From positions 32,001 to 96,000 of IMG/VR virus record IMGVR_UViG_3300033073_000410: a stretch of DNA of 64,000 nucleotides. One strand, written 5' to 3'. Both the position numbers and the translations under genes were made by a program. Below the pieces are notes generated by a model, which saw only the letters and a list, made by a program, of their open reading frames with translations, made no database searches and was not told the DNA's origin. Positions 9,592 through 19,868 of the stretch are shown one piece after another. The stretch comes from a virus (lineage: Duplodnaviria; Caudoviricetes). How positions within the stretch are numbered: the stretch's first letter is position 1; the number at the start of each line of letters is the position of its first letter.

Positions 9592-12500
9592 TTATACCTC
9601 TAATTGTAATACAGTTAATGTTACTGTGATTGCTTGTGTTGAACCACTTAAGTTAGTAATTGTTGCAGGAATCTGATTTGTTACTGAACTTTCGTTATTG
9701 AAGCCGTATACTGCTGGAGCTAATACAACTGTTTCACCTGCAGATGTTACGATTTCAGTAATTAATCCCACACCACTTGCAGGTTCATTACCGATTGCAC
9801 GTGAACTATCACTTGTGCGACTTGCTTGGTCAGTATATAAACGAACTCTTGCGGCTGCATTAGTTTCAATCTTGTACAACAAATAGCCCTTGTATGCAGT
9901 AAATGAACTTGATGCGCTTGCGGCATTAGCAATAGAACTTGTAGTTACTGATACAGTACCGCGAGATGTTAATCCTGCTCCGCCTCCACCACCTTGACCT
10001 AAAACTGTTTGTCCGTTGCTATCAACAATGTCACCACCTGCAGGTAATGTTAGTACATTATTTTCAAATACCCACGGGGTAGCACCTGATTGCACAACAA
10101 TAGCACCAGGTAATACACCACCATCTCCATCACCTGCTTGAATATGAATATTACCACATTGACCATTTTCGTTTGAGCCGCCACTAGACAAGTAAACATT
10201 ACCGCCTTGTGGCTCTGGTTGTCCTACATCATTGTAACCACTAGAACCTGCAAGTAAACGCAAGTCGCCACCGACGCTAGACTGTGCTCCCGCATCTCCA
10301 CCTGCTCCGGCCATGATTGTAACATCCTCACCATAACCAAACATTGATGGGCCAACTTCTAAGCGCATTCCGCCGCCAGTAGTTGTGAACTCCATGCCCC
10401 AAGCACTATATAGATTCAAGTTAGCTTCTGTGTCGCCCTGACCAATTGTAGTACCCTGGATGTAACAATTGTTAATGTACACACGTTCTTGTACTAATGG
10501 GTTATTCGTGTGGTCAATACCACCTCTGATTGTGACAGAACCAATCGATCCTGAACCACCTACACCAACATCTCTGCCGGCAATTAATACATTGCCTCTA
10601 CCTACGATAGCTGCTTCTTCGTTAGGAAGATATAAGTTACCATCTGTATTAAAGATCCAAGATTCGCCAGCACCAGGGGTACCTTGCCAGTTGCCCCACA
10701 CAGTAACCCCGTCGCTAGTGATATCAATCTCACCGGCGCCAGTTCCAATGTCATCACTGCCAAATGTGTACAAATACATGTTACCAGTAACTTGAATATC
10801 GCTAGTGTTTGTAACTAATTTACCTTGATTACTGAAAGCCCATTCAAATGGGCCTGCACTAGGACTCATTGTAGTGACATAAACACCATCACTATCTTTC
10901 AACCATACTTCACTGTATAGTTCACCTGAAGTATAAATGTCAATATCACTAGTATTTTGTGTGTTGTAGATGCTAGTACCATTGAAGATAATCTCACCTG
11001 TTTGTCCAGGTGGAATTTCTCCGGGCGTTGGGAACACACTAGTACCATGCTCGTCAACAATGTCGCCACCGACCGGTAATGTTAATTTACCAGTACTGTC
11101 AAATGTCCATGTCTTTGGACTAGCTTCTAAGTTCCCGGCTGCTACAGTGAATCCAGATGAATTAACAACTGCTTGACCGTTAGCACCGATAATAGCTGCT
11201 GCACCGACGGGGTTACTTAAGTATGCGGCTTGCGTATCACTTACACTCCATTGAGGTAAGTTCATTTGAGCATATCCAGTTCCTAGTTTGATTCTACCTC
11301 TGCTAGTTACTGAACCATTAGAACTAAATCTATATGTTCCTGAATCACCACCGATTTGACATCTATATGCGGCATAGTCTACAATATCACTATTAGTTGT
11401 TAATCCCAAACTACTTGTTGGATTAAATGTAGTGACAGTAGTAGTTGATGGTAATGAGCCAGGGGCTTGGTTTACTAATCCTGTAGGAACATCCCAGCCA
11501 CCGTACATTGGGCCAACTAAAAATTGGTCAAACAAATATGATTCAACATATCCATCTGTTGGTAACTGCCATGTAAATGCGCTCGTAGATGCATTTGTGC
11601 CACCGGTTTGTGGACTAACTGCTGTCTCACCAGTTAAAATTAGTTTTTGGTTGTTGTGAATTGCGGCTAACTTTGTGTTCATGCTGTTCGATGCAGGACC
11701 ATCAGTTGTACCGTATACAGAATTTGAACCTAATGTAATTTCCCAATCAAAGTTCTCACTATTTGAGTTTACCATTGTTCTTGGGTTATACTTAGCCGTA
11801 TAAAAATCCTTGTCGTTAGCAACAAATTCACCTGAGAAGACTGTACCGGCAATGTAAACGTTACCACCAACTGTATCTTCTGTCGGACGTTCTGAAATTA
11901 AACTAGTAATTCTGATAGGTAGTACGGAATTTATACCTACTTCTCTTGTCCACAAACTAGTTAGACTAGAATCAAATGTGCCAACAACAGATACATGCAA
12001 ATCGACTCCGTCGTCTTTGAAAATAGCAACTTCGATATTATGTGTGACTGTGTTAAATTCAACTGCTAGACCTTCTACATCCAATCCAGTAGTACTTAGA
12101 TTAGTAGCCGCCACTAATACACCATCAGTATCATACTTGTGCAAGACTGCAACCATATTTGAGCCACTATTGTTAGTACCGATTACATATAATGCGTTAT
12201 CAGTAGTTGTAGCATATGTAGCACATGTATAATATGTGTTAGTCAATGACAGAATTGTTTTAGCCCAAATAACGTTACCTGTATCTACATCTACTTTTGC
12301 TACTGCAGGAACAATGTTCCCACCAACCTTAGATGAACCAGCTAAGTAAACTGCGGTAGTAGGAGAGTAACTAGCAAACATGTCATTTGCTTTGAAGTTT
12401 TGTAAGATTATTGGTGTATTATCAGCTTGCTCACCTGTATCTTTAACAATCTTACCTAAATATGTTTTACCAATACTATTACTATCAGTAACTTGAGCAA

Positions 12501-13815
12501 ATGCTGACCAATAAACATATGATACGTTAACATTATTAACTACGTCAATAATATGATTTGTTGTGCCAACTATATCATTGTCATTTGGAGCAGTCCAGCT
12601 ATTACGCCATTTGATTTCACCAGTAGGTGAATATTTAACTGCCATTAATTGATTTAAGTTGTTTTTCTCGTAATTACCTAATACATAGATATCACCAGCT
12701 AAGTCAACTGTTGCACTTGAACCCGCAACGTTGGCGTTTTCAGCACCGTCACCAGCCCCAAAGATTGAGAACCAGAATGAATAATCAGTATTAGCATTCA
12801 ACCAAACATCGGCGGTTGATGTTAATGAACCTGCGTACACTGCATCTAGTTTATTATCACTTGTTCCCAAGCTATATGCTGATGATGTTGTTGGTGTAAC
12901 AGTAGAACTTATATTCAAGTTCTTTACTGAACCATCTACTGGCATATGTAATACGCCAGTGTTGTCGAACTCCCAAACTTTAGCTGGGTTACCAATTTCA
13001 TCTACATCGCCTGTACGAACTTTAACGCTTTCAAAAGCACCAGTGATATCAACATTTGCACCTCGCATTTTTAATGCACCTTCAAATACTTGCATACCCT
13101 CTGTGCCTACGCCAGACTGAATAGTAATATTACCAGCGGTGCCTGAAGTAGAGCTACCTGACTGAATTAAGATATTGCCAGCTTGGCCGCTGTAACCATA
13201 TGTACTACCTGATTCGATTCGAATATCTCCACCAAACTGTGCTGCTGGGCCCGCGTAAATCTGAACACCACCACCGCCACTCTCATACACATCATTTGAA
13301 CCTTGACCAGCATAGATTCCAATTTCGCCGCCGTTTGTAGTTGGTCCGCCAAACTCAGAGAAATCTTGTCCACCTTGAATATAAATTGGTCCGCCTGCTG
13401 TATTACTTGTAGGATCAGAACCAATAATACCGATACCTTGGTTGAATGGACCCGGGCCAATTACGCCACCGTCAAATGTTAGTGTACCATTAACGATACC
13501 ATTGCCACCACCACCTTCAACGTTAGCGATTGCATTATCAACATACGCTGTTGTCGCATATGATTGTAAGTTAGGTTTGTTTAAGATTAAACCTGTACCA
13601 GTAGTTGCGTTCCAGTCAGCTAGAACGTTTGTCTCAACAACCTTTGTTACATAGCGTGTAACGTTCTCGACTGTATTAGTGATAACTTCACGGTCTGTGC
13701 TAGTTGTATGAGTTCCGCCACCAGCTATCAAATTATTGATATCTCTATTGCGGATATAATTTAAACTTGGATCGACTGATGTATCGACTATCGTTTGTTG
13801 TGGTGTTACTGGCAT
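9592..13815 (-). CDS. Tail fibre / receptor-binding protein
   Basis: 1407 aa, G/T/S-rich; GGxIxIxAG repeats; recurring WxFxxxGxLxLPxGGDIVD joints; propeller-like central region. Confidence 0.7.
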   Translation of the reverse strand: MPVTPQQTIVDTSVDPSLNYIRNRDINNLIAGGGTHTTSTDREVITNTVENVTRYVTKVVETNVLADWNATTGTGLILNKPNLQSYATTAYVDNAIANVEGGGGNGIVNGTLTFDGGVIGPGPFNQGIGIIGSDPTSNTAGGPIYIQGGQDFSEFGGPTTNGGEIGIYAGQGSNDVYESGGGGVQIYAGPAAQFGGDIRIESGSTYGYSGQAGNILIQSGSSTSGTAGNITIQSGVGTEGMQVFEGALKMRGANVDITGAFESVKVRTGDVDEIGNPAKVWEFDNTGVLHMPVDGSVKNLNISSTVTPTTSSAYSLGTSDNKLDAVYAGSLTSTADVWLNANTDYSFWFSIFGAGDGAENANVAGSSATVDLAGDIYVLGNYEKNNLNQLMAVKYSPTGEIKWRNSWTAPNDNDIVGTTNHIIDVVNNVNVSYVYWSAFAQVTDSNSIGKTYLGKIVKDTGEQADNTPIILQNFKANDMFASYSPTTAVYLAGSSKVGGNIVPAVAKVDVDTGNVIWAKTILSLTNTYYTCATYATTTDNALYVIGTNNSGSNMVAVLHKYDTDGVLVAATNLSTTGLDVEGLAVEFNTVTHNIEVAIFKDDGVDLHVSVVGTFDSSLTSLWTREVGINSVLPIRITSLISERPTEDTVGGNVYIAGTVFSGEFVANDKDFYTAKYNPRTMVNSNSENFDWEITLGSNSVYGTTDGPASNSMNTKLAAIHNNQKLILTGETAVSPQTGGTNASTSAFTWQLPTDGYVESYLFDQFLVGPMYGGWDVPTGLVNQAPGSLPSTTTVTTFNPTSSLGLTTNSDIVDYAAYRCQIGGDSGTYRFSSNGSVTSRGRIKLGTGYAQMNLPQWSVSDTQAAYLSNPVGAAAIIGANGQAVVNSSGFTVAAGNLEASPKTWTFDSTGKLTLPVGGDIVDEHGTSVFPTPGEIPPGQTGEIIFNGTSIYNTQNTSDIDIYTSGELYSEVWLKDSDGVYVTTMSPSAGPFEWAFSNQGKLVTNTSDIQVTGNMYLYTFGSDDIGTGAGEIDITSDGVTVWGNWQGTPGAGESWIFNTDGNLYLPNEEAAIVGRGNVLIAGRDVGVGGSGSIGSVTIRGGIDHTNNPLVQERVYINNCYIQGTTIGQGDTEANLNLYSAWGMEFTTTGGGMRLEVGPSMFGYGEDVTIMAGAGGDAGAQSSVGGDLRLLAGSSGYNDVGQPEPQGGNVYLSSGGSNENGQCGNIHIQAGDGDGGVLPGAIVVQSGATPWVFENNVLTLPAGGDIVDSNGQTVLGQGGGGGAGLTSRGTVSVTTSSIANAASASSSFTAYKGYLLYKIETNAAARVRLYTDQASRTSDSSRAIGNEPASGVGLITEIVTSAGETVVLAPAVYGFNNESSVTNQIPATITNLSGSTQAITVTLTVLQLEV

Positions 13816-13836
13816 TTTACTTCTTCCTTATTATTC

Positions 13837-14766
13837 TTATGGTTGTAAAATCGGCGGTCTGCCGTTACGTTGGATCTTGCTGCCTAACTTTCTAGCATTA
13901 TCCTTGATACTATTTGGGGTTACATCTACGCTTAAACCCATTTTCCAACGAGGATCGTTTCTTTCTTCCTCGCTTGGGATATATCCTGAGCACTCTTGTA
14001 CATACTGTGTCCAACCCTCAAGTAAGTCATCTTCTATTGAAGTATCTTCTACTTCTTCTGGGAGGCTCAAGTGTTTGCTATGCAGTTCATCTAGTTGTTT
14101 GTATAGTCTAGTGATGATACCTGCATTGCGTAATGCTTTGTATGCTAGATTTTCGGGGCCAAATTCCCCAGTTTTATCTAAGCCTGCTTTGCGATATTTC
14201 TTTAATGTTCTTAAAACACCTTGAATTCTCTCGTAATTACCACTCTTTAATGCATACTCAGCTAATTTAATTAGTTTCTGATACTTAATCTTAGTAGCGG
14301 CTTGGTCAAAGTGTGCTCTACGCTTACGAGGTAATCTATTCCACTTGTCATTTAGTACACTATACTCTCCTAAGCTGACTACAGGTAAGTTTGTATCTTG
14401 TACATATAATTCTACTTCATAGCCACCAATAGTAATGTCATGGCTATCGTTATATACGTTCTTTTTAGCATCGAATAGTTCACGGTAAACGTCATCGTCT
14501 TTAAACTTACTCATATCTACCAAGATATGCAAGTCAATGTCTGAGTATGGTGTGTAACTATAAGCTGCACTTGAACCACTGATTGTAATATCTTCAATCT
14601 CTAAGTGGTTGATACCTAAATGGTCAACGAAATCTTCTGCTATCACTAATAATTGACTTCTAACCTCTGGAATCATGGAATCACCCTGAAATATAGCTGG
14701 GTTTAGTTCTTTGTGGAAGCGTACTGTATCGCTGAGGTTTAAATTGTACAGTTCATTAAGGTTCAT
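13837..14766 (-). CDS. Pol-beta-superfamily nucleotidyltransferase
   Basis: ISGSSAAYSYTPYSDIDLH (GS...DxD) plus downstream VELYVQD. Confidence 0.75.
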   Translation of the reverse strand: MNLNELYNLNLSDTVRFHKELNPAIFQGDSMIPEVRSQLLVIAEDFVDHLGINHLEIEDITISGSSAAYSYTPYSDIDLHILVDMSKFKDDDVYRELFDAKKNVYNDSHDITIGGYEVELYVQDTNLPVVSLGEYSVLNDKWNRLPRKRRAHFDQAATKIKYQKLIKLAEYALKSGNYERIQGVLRTLKKYRKAGLDKTGEFGPENLAYKALRNAGIITRLYKQLDELHSKHLSLPEEVEDTSIEDDLLEGWTQYVQECSGYIPSEEERNDPRWKMGLSVDVTPNSIKDNARKLGSKIQRNGRPPILQP

Positions 14767-14778
14767 ATTTTATTTATC

Positions 14779-14816
14779 AAAAAAACGGCTACCTTAGTTT
14801 CCTAGGGTAGCCGTTG
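14779..14816 (-). terminator. Intrinsic terminator
   Basis: AACGGCTACCCTAG-GAAA-CTAAGGTAGCCGTT followed by a T run on the minus strand. Confidence 0.85.
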
Positions 14817-14833
14817 TGTAGAATATTAGTATA

Positions 14834-15709
14834 TTATTCTGTTGGGTTTTGTTCTTGTGATTGTGCAAGAGCTTTCTTTTTCTCTTCTTCCAAGTACATG
14901 GGTCCGATTGTATTCAACAAGTGTTGTTGATTTTCCATACAGAATACATATGCACCACTGTGACGTAACAATACTCGTTTGTCAACCCAGATTCTACCAC
15001 CTAGGTCACGCCAGTTTTCACAGAATGTCCAGTCTTCACTATAGTAACGACCTTGACGCACTGCTGTATCAAAGTATGTTTTCAAGTGAGCATCGTATTT
15101 AGGATCTAAACCGATATCATTCTTGTATGGCTTAACTGCTGGGTGATTGTTCATTTTCTCAAACACTTCACGCTTCATCAACAAGAAACCTGTACCTGCT
15201 TTACTTACTTCTTGTAAGCCGTCTGGTCCTTCTTCTGCACCCTCGAAACCGTTAACAACCCACTTGATGGGCATAGTCTTCATTGGGTACAAGCCACCAA
15301 TAACATCAACGTTTCTGTTTAACAATACTAATAGATGCCATGGTTCCCAACCAATATCAGCGTCAACAAAGAATAAATGTGTTGCACCTTCTTGTAATAG
15401 GAATTTAGCTGTAAGAGTATTTCTAGCACGTGAAATTAATGATTCGTTAACCATTGTTTCCAATGTCCAGTCGATATTCAATTGACGGGCTGTGTTAGCC
15501 CACTTAATAAACGACATGAATGTAGATTCAGTCAACATTCCACCATAGCATGGCATTGCTATGTGGACTTTAGTTGTACGTAAATAGTCTACGTTAACTT
15601 GAACTTGCCCATCTTGGGCTTTCTTCTCTTGTTCCTGGGCAGCTTGTTCAGCGATTTCGTGAACTTTTTCTACGGGAACTGTTTTTTCTTCGTCTTTTGT
15701 CTTTGCCAT
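14834..15709 (-). CDS. GT-A fold glycosyltransferase
   Basis: IAMPCYGG, SLISRARN, FFVDADIGW (DxD), GTGFLL, SEDWTFC. Confidence 0.8.
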   Translation of the reverse strand: MAKTKDEEKTVPVEKVHEIAEQAAQEQEKKAQDGQVQVNVDYLRTTKVHIAMPCYGGMLTESTFMSFIKWANTARQLNIDWTLETMVNESLISRARNTLTAKFLLQEGATHLFFVDADIGWEPWHLLVLLNRNVDVIGGLYPMKTMPIKWVVNGFEGAEEGPDGLQEVSKAGTGFLLMKREVFEKMNNHPAVKPYKNDIGLDPKYDAHLKTYFDTAVRQGRYYSEDWTFCENWRDLGGRIWVDKRVLLRHSGAYVFCMENQQHLLNTIGPMYLEEEKKKALAQSQEQNPTE

Positions 15710-15765
15710 TTGGTCCTCTTTAAAGATGTAAATATTTACACTCTAAAGAGGAGTACGAAATATTT

Positions 15766-17637
15766 TTATTCGTCCACGTAATCTTCTATGATACCACGTT
15801 CATCCTTGACCCCGTAGTGCCCACGACTAGCTTCTGTGTGTGGTTGATAGATGACAAATGCTTTAGGGCGATATCTTAGAAAATGCTCATACGCATACTT
15901 GTGTGCCATTCCTAAGTTATCTGACTGATATAATGGTCCACCGATAAATTCAAACTCATCATTAGGATCACATTGGTATACAACATACTCAGCATAGTGG
16001 TCATCGTCATCACCGTTACCAGGAGCGAATTCGTTTAGACCTTGCTCTTTCTTTGCTTTCTCTATAGCATCCCATTCGGCACCAGTCTTTTGTCCACGTT
16101 TTTTCTTCTGTGCAGGAGCAGTAGATGATGAGCGACCAGTGTGCATGTTTCTGTAATCGCCACTTGGTGTCTTAGTAAAGTCACCTTCTTTAACATCTAG
16201 TGCATCACCAACTTCCATTGGCTCTAGACCGTGTACAGGACAATCTGGATCTGGATCTCCTGGATGGCAAGAGCATTTGTATTTGCTGCCTTCTTCTAAG
16301 TCGTCCGATTCTAATTCATTAATTGTTTTAGGATTATCTGCTGGGTAGAAGTAATAACCCATTACACCCTTCAAACCACTGCGTGTCCAGATATAAACTT
16401 GACGACCTTCTTTAGTAACAATTAGTTTCAAACTAGAAGGAACATCACCGCGAATTGGCATTCTTGACGCCATATTAAGTTGAATGCCATTTAGATACAT
16501 GAAACTGCTATCACCGTCCCATTCAGCATCAGTTTGAATAGGGGCGTTCTTGCCGTGATAGTTTACTTGATTCAAGCGTTCGATATCTTGTGTACCTTTT
16601 TGAATACGTTTAGCGTCTTGTTTTGCTTTTTCGGCTGCATCAGCACGTGCTTGTGCGGCATTTGAATCTGCGGCTGCTTTGTACATAGCTTGTTGATGGC
16701 TTGGTGTAGGGAATGCACCAGCGATACCACTTGCTTTACCGGCTGCGCCAGCTAATCCTGCACCCGCGATACCCTTTAAGATACCTCTACGTGAGATATC
16801 CTCTTCAACACCCTTAGTTCTAGCTTCTTTTTCTAAGTCTAGTTTACGTTGACGAATAGCTTCCTGGTCAACACCCGGCTCACGCTCTAAATCTTGTAGT
16901 GCTTTTCTTTTAGCATCTAAATCAGCCTTATCTTTAAGTGCGGATTCAATTAAACTATATACCTTTTGTTTTCTATCATTAGACATTGTTGGTAATAATG
17001 GTTTAATACGCTCGATAAATTCTTTTAATTTCTTAGTCTTAACTGCGCCCAATAATCTAGCTTCTGCTTTACGCATTAAATCCATGACTTCTTTATCACT
17101 TAATGCTTTAGGCATATCTCTGCGCCACACTTGATACTTCTGTTCTTCTGTAGCATCAGGTTGCAATAGTATTTCACGCATAGGAGTAGCACGTGGGCCC
17201 TCTTCTTGTGCATACTTGTCTTTTGTCTCTTGTCTTGAAATAACCTTGAGTTTTTGTAATCCCATTGATTGATATACGGGTACGCCCTCTTTGTTTGGCT
17301 TTTCTAAGTACTGGAACGCATTCTTCTGGTCAGCACCCACAACAACTACAACACCAACATAACCCTCGTTAGCTAATTGTGTTAATGCTTCGTTTAAGTT
17401 ACCCTCTGCTGTAAAGATAGTAGCATACTGAGGGAATACACGTTGATAGATTTTAATCTTTTCTTCGGGGAATAATGGATCGTCTTTGCCAACTGTTTTG
17501 CTGACAAAGAAGTAAGGATCCGCATGCATCATCTTAGCTTGTGTGATAACTGCACTGGCTAGATACATATGCCCTGTGTGACCCATACCACGACCCCATC
17601 CTACTACTGCGATTTTGCTTTGACCTGTGCGTTTCAT
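15766..17637 (-). CDS. HxGH (cytidylyltransferase-like) nucleotidyltransferase followed by a polyprotein tail
   Basis: WGRGMGHTGH, DPL, VVGAD, ATPMR. ATG at 17637 overlaps the upstream TGA. C-terminal half is short modules split by LIE/VEE/INE/LEE/VKE/LNE/IIE. Confidence 0.7.
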   Translation of the reverse strand: MKRTGQSKIAVVGWGRGMGHTGHMYLASAVITQAKMMHADPYFFVSKTVGKDDPLFPEEKIKIYQRVFPQYATIFTAEGNLNEALTQLANEGYVGVVVVVGADQKNAFQYLEKPNKEGVPVYQSMGLQKLKVISRQETKDKYAQEEGPRATPMREILLQPDATEEQKYQVWRRDMPKALSDKEVMDLMRKAEARLLGAVKTKKLKEFIERIKPLLPTMSNDRKQKVYSLIESALKDKADLDAKRKALQDLEREPGVDQEAIRQRKLDLEKEARTKGVEEDISRRGILKGIAGAGLAGAAGKASGIAGAFPTPSHQQAMYKAAADSNAAQARADAAEKAKQDAKRIQKGTQDIERLNQVNYHGKNAPIQTDAEWDGDSSFMYLNGIQLNMASRMPIRGDVPSSLKLIVTKEGRQVYIWTRSGLKGVMGYYFYPADNPKTINELESDDLEEGSKYKCSCHPGDPDPDCPVHGLEPMEVGDALDVKEGDFTKTPSGDYRNMHTGRSSSTAPAQKKKRGQKTGAEWDAIEKAKKEQGLNEFAPGNGDDDDHYAEYVVYQCDPNDEFEFIGGPLYQSDNLGMAHKYAYEHFLRYRPKAFVIYQPHTEASRGHYGVKDERGIIEDYVDE

Positions 17638-18770
17638 AATTTTCTTGGCTTCCAATTCAATTGGTCGATAAGTTTTAAGAACTGTCCGGGTAAATCATTC
17701 TGAAAGTTAATCTCAGGGTGTGCTTGTACATAGCCCTCTGGATTAGTTTGCATGATTCCACCGTGAAGTCCTAGACTTAACGACTTGATAATCTTCATCT
17801 TCTCGTTTGTTAATGCTTCTACAGCACCCAGTGTAGCTTTCAAGCCCTCTTTGTCACTAAGCATCATTTGTGCTTTAGCTGGGCTTAAGTTTTGTTGTGC
17901 ATATGCTGGGAAATCTTTTAATAGATTCTTAACACGTAAATGTTTATTTAGATATGTATATAATTCACCACCGGGACTAGATAATCCCTTCTTAGGTGCT
18001 AGATAATTGTCAATTAACTGACTATTAGTTGAAATAAACTGTGCTAATTTATCTAGGCCACTAGTATCGACACCGGGCATTTCTTCTACATATGTTGTAC
18101 CCTGAACAATAACTCCGGGAACACTTAATTTCTCTGCGTTAGGATAACGTTGTTCGTCACCACTACCCAATGTAGCATAATAACCTGTAGCGGCTACCAT
18201 TAGTTTAGCACCTTTAATCTGTTTACCTAGATTACTGTCAGCAGGAACGTGAAACGTAGTGATATTAGGCTTAAAATCGTATGTCTTTGTACGTGGGTTT
18301 AATGTAGGAGGTGATTCACATCCAGGGAAGAACAATAATCCACCCTCGATGAAGCCTTTCTTAGGTGAAATCTTCTCAAAGTACGGCCATAGACTAGCTA
18401 ATGTCTGTGCAAACACTTTACGTCCACCAGCATCGCCGGATCCTGTGCCTAATACGAACTTAACAATATCTTCGGGACTGCTAGGAAGAGTGGGTGCGCC
18501 AGTATTAGTCTGCATCTTACCACTCTTTAAATATTGCCATGCATTCTTAGGAATCATTCTAAAGACTCCTTTATCATCACGGCCCCAATAGATAACGGGC
18601 ATACCATCCCATTTTAATTCAATCGAATCATACTTCTCAGTCATATACTTCATGCGTTCTACTGCGTGAAGGCCACCTTGACTACCATTACTGATAACCA
18701 AGTCTTCAATATGCTGATACTTACGACCAACAGTTCCGGCAGCTTCAAATAAAATATCGTTTAATTTCAT
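17634..18770 (-). CDS. RNA-ligase-like protein (KxDG; DUF6267-like)
   Basis: HIEDL, ELKWDGMP (ligase motif I), EGGLLF, PEGYV, LKLID; start MKLNDILFE. Confidence 0.6.
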   Translation of the reverse strand: MKLNDILFEAAGTVGRKYQHIEDLVISNGSQGGLHAVERMKYMTEKYDSIELKWDGMPVIYWGRDDKGVFRMIPKNAWQYLKSGKMQTNTGAPTLPSSPEDIVKFVLGTGSGDAGGRKVFAQTLASLWPYFEKISPKKGFIEGGLLFFPGCESPPTLNPRTKTYDFKPNITTFHVPADSNLGKQIKGAKLMVAATGYYATLGSGDEQRYPNAEKLSVPGVIVQGTTYVEEMPGVDTSGLDKLAQFISTNSQLIDNYLAPKKGLSSPGGELYTYLNKHLRVKNLLKDFPAYAQQNLSPAKAQMMLSDKEGLKATLGAVEALTNEKMKIIKSLSLGLHGGIMQTNPEGYVQAHPEINFQNDLPGQFLKLIDQLNWKPRKL

Positions 18771-19525
18771 TTTAGCATGTCCATTGTACGACGGAACCAT
18801 TCAGTTACGTTTGGAGTAGCAGCCTGCCAGCTTGCGCCAGCACGTGCTTTACTCATAATTTCTTCTTGTCTCTCTGGTGGGACTTTAGCAATGATAGATT
18901 CAACAGAACCCAAGTCTTTACCAGTAGCTCCCTTACCTAATAGATATTGAGCGATTGTATTCCAGTCGCTAGATAATAATTGTGCTTTCTTTCCTGCACT
19001 GTCTCTAGCATATAAACCCTCGTCTGGACTCCATAGCATATTCTGACTACTTGCTAGTGCGTTCATAACTAGTTGCTTGTTCACGCCCTTGTATGGACTA
19101 CCCTGAGGGATTTCATGTCTGTGATATTGTGCTACATTCTTAGCGTTCTTAACTACTTTGATATCTACTTGATAGAAGTTACCAGCTAAAGGGATTCTAG
19201 CATGAACTGTAACGCCCGCTAGTTTAGTCTGAATATTCTTTTCATTTAAATATGCAGCCAATGCTCTACGTGTAGTTGATGAATCGCTAGTGTTGAATTG
19301 TTTCATTAGTATTTCTAAGTCAACCATTGCGTCTAAGTCGTTTGCTCTTACAACTGACCCATCTTTGTTGTATCGTGGCTTCCAGCATGAGCCGATAACT
19401 TCTACGGAAACTCCCAAAGGTTTCACATATTTGAACGTAGCTTCTGCTAATGGCTTTCCAACTTCACTGGGGTCAAAGTTAGTTACTACATCGTCCCAAA
19501 TGTTTCCACCTTCCATTAAGTTCAT
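18767..19525 (-). CDS. Pol-beta-like nucleotidyltransferase
   Basis: VIGS...NDLDAMVD and YQVDI; starts MNLMEGGN. Confidence 0.6.
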   Translation of the reverse strand: MNLMEGGNIWDDVVTNFDPSEVGKPLAEATFKYVKPLGVSVEVIGSCWKPRYNKDGSVVRANDLDAMVDLEILMKQFNTSDSSTTRRALAAYLNEKNIQTKLAGVTVHARIPLAGNFYQVDIKVVKNAKNVAQYHRHEIPQGSPYKGVNKQLVMNALASSQNMLWSPDEGLYARDSAGKKAQLLSSDWNTIAQYLLGKGATGKDLGSVESIIAKVPPERQEEIMSKARAGASWQAATPNVTEWFRRTMDMLK

Positions 19526-19526
19526 T

Positions 19527-19868
19527 TTAATAGCTCACTTTAATATGTTGAATAACACCAGCACTAAAATTGCTGATAACTACACGGATCCAAACAAAGT
19601 TTCCTGTGACGTTTTGATAACTGATTTGAGTTAATCCGTCAGCTTCGAAACTATGAACTTCGAACCAGTCGCCGTCTGTAGGGACTTCTGATAATGTAGC
19701 TTGAAATGAAATATAACCAGATACTGAGGTTAATTTCCATGCAACTGTTTGCAGATTCTTCTTGCTTAGATAGTACCCGGCGGCAGGGAAATGGTCGCTG
19801 ATAACCGTAGTGTTGTTGCCTGCAAAAGCCGTTTGACCAAGCATTAATGTTGTAATTGTTTGGCTCAT
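19527..19868 (-). CDS. Hypothetical beta-rich protein, possibly virion
   Basis: 113 aa, translationally coupled (TAATG); GNFVWIRV. Confidence 0.6.
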   Translation of the reverse strand: MSQTITTLMLGQTAFAGNNTTVISDHFPAAGYYLSKKNLQTVAWKLTSVSGYISFQATLSEVPTDGDWFEVHSFEADGLTQISYQNVTGNFVWIRVVISNFSAGVIQHIKVSY

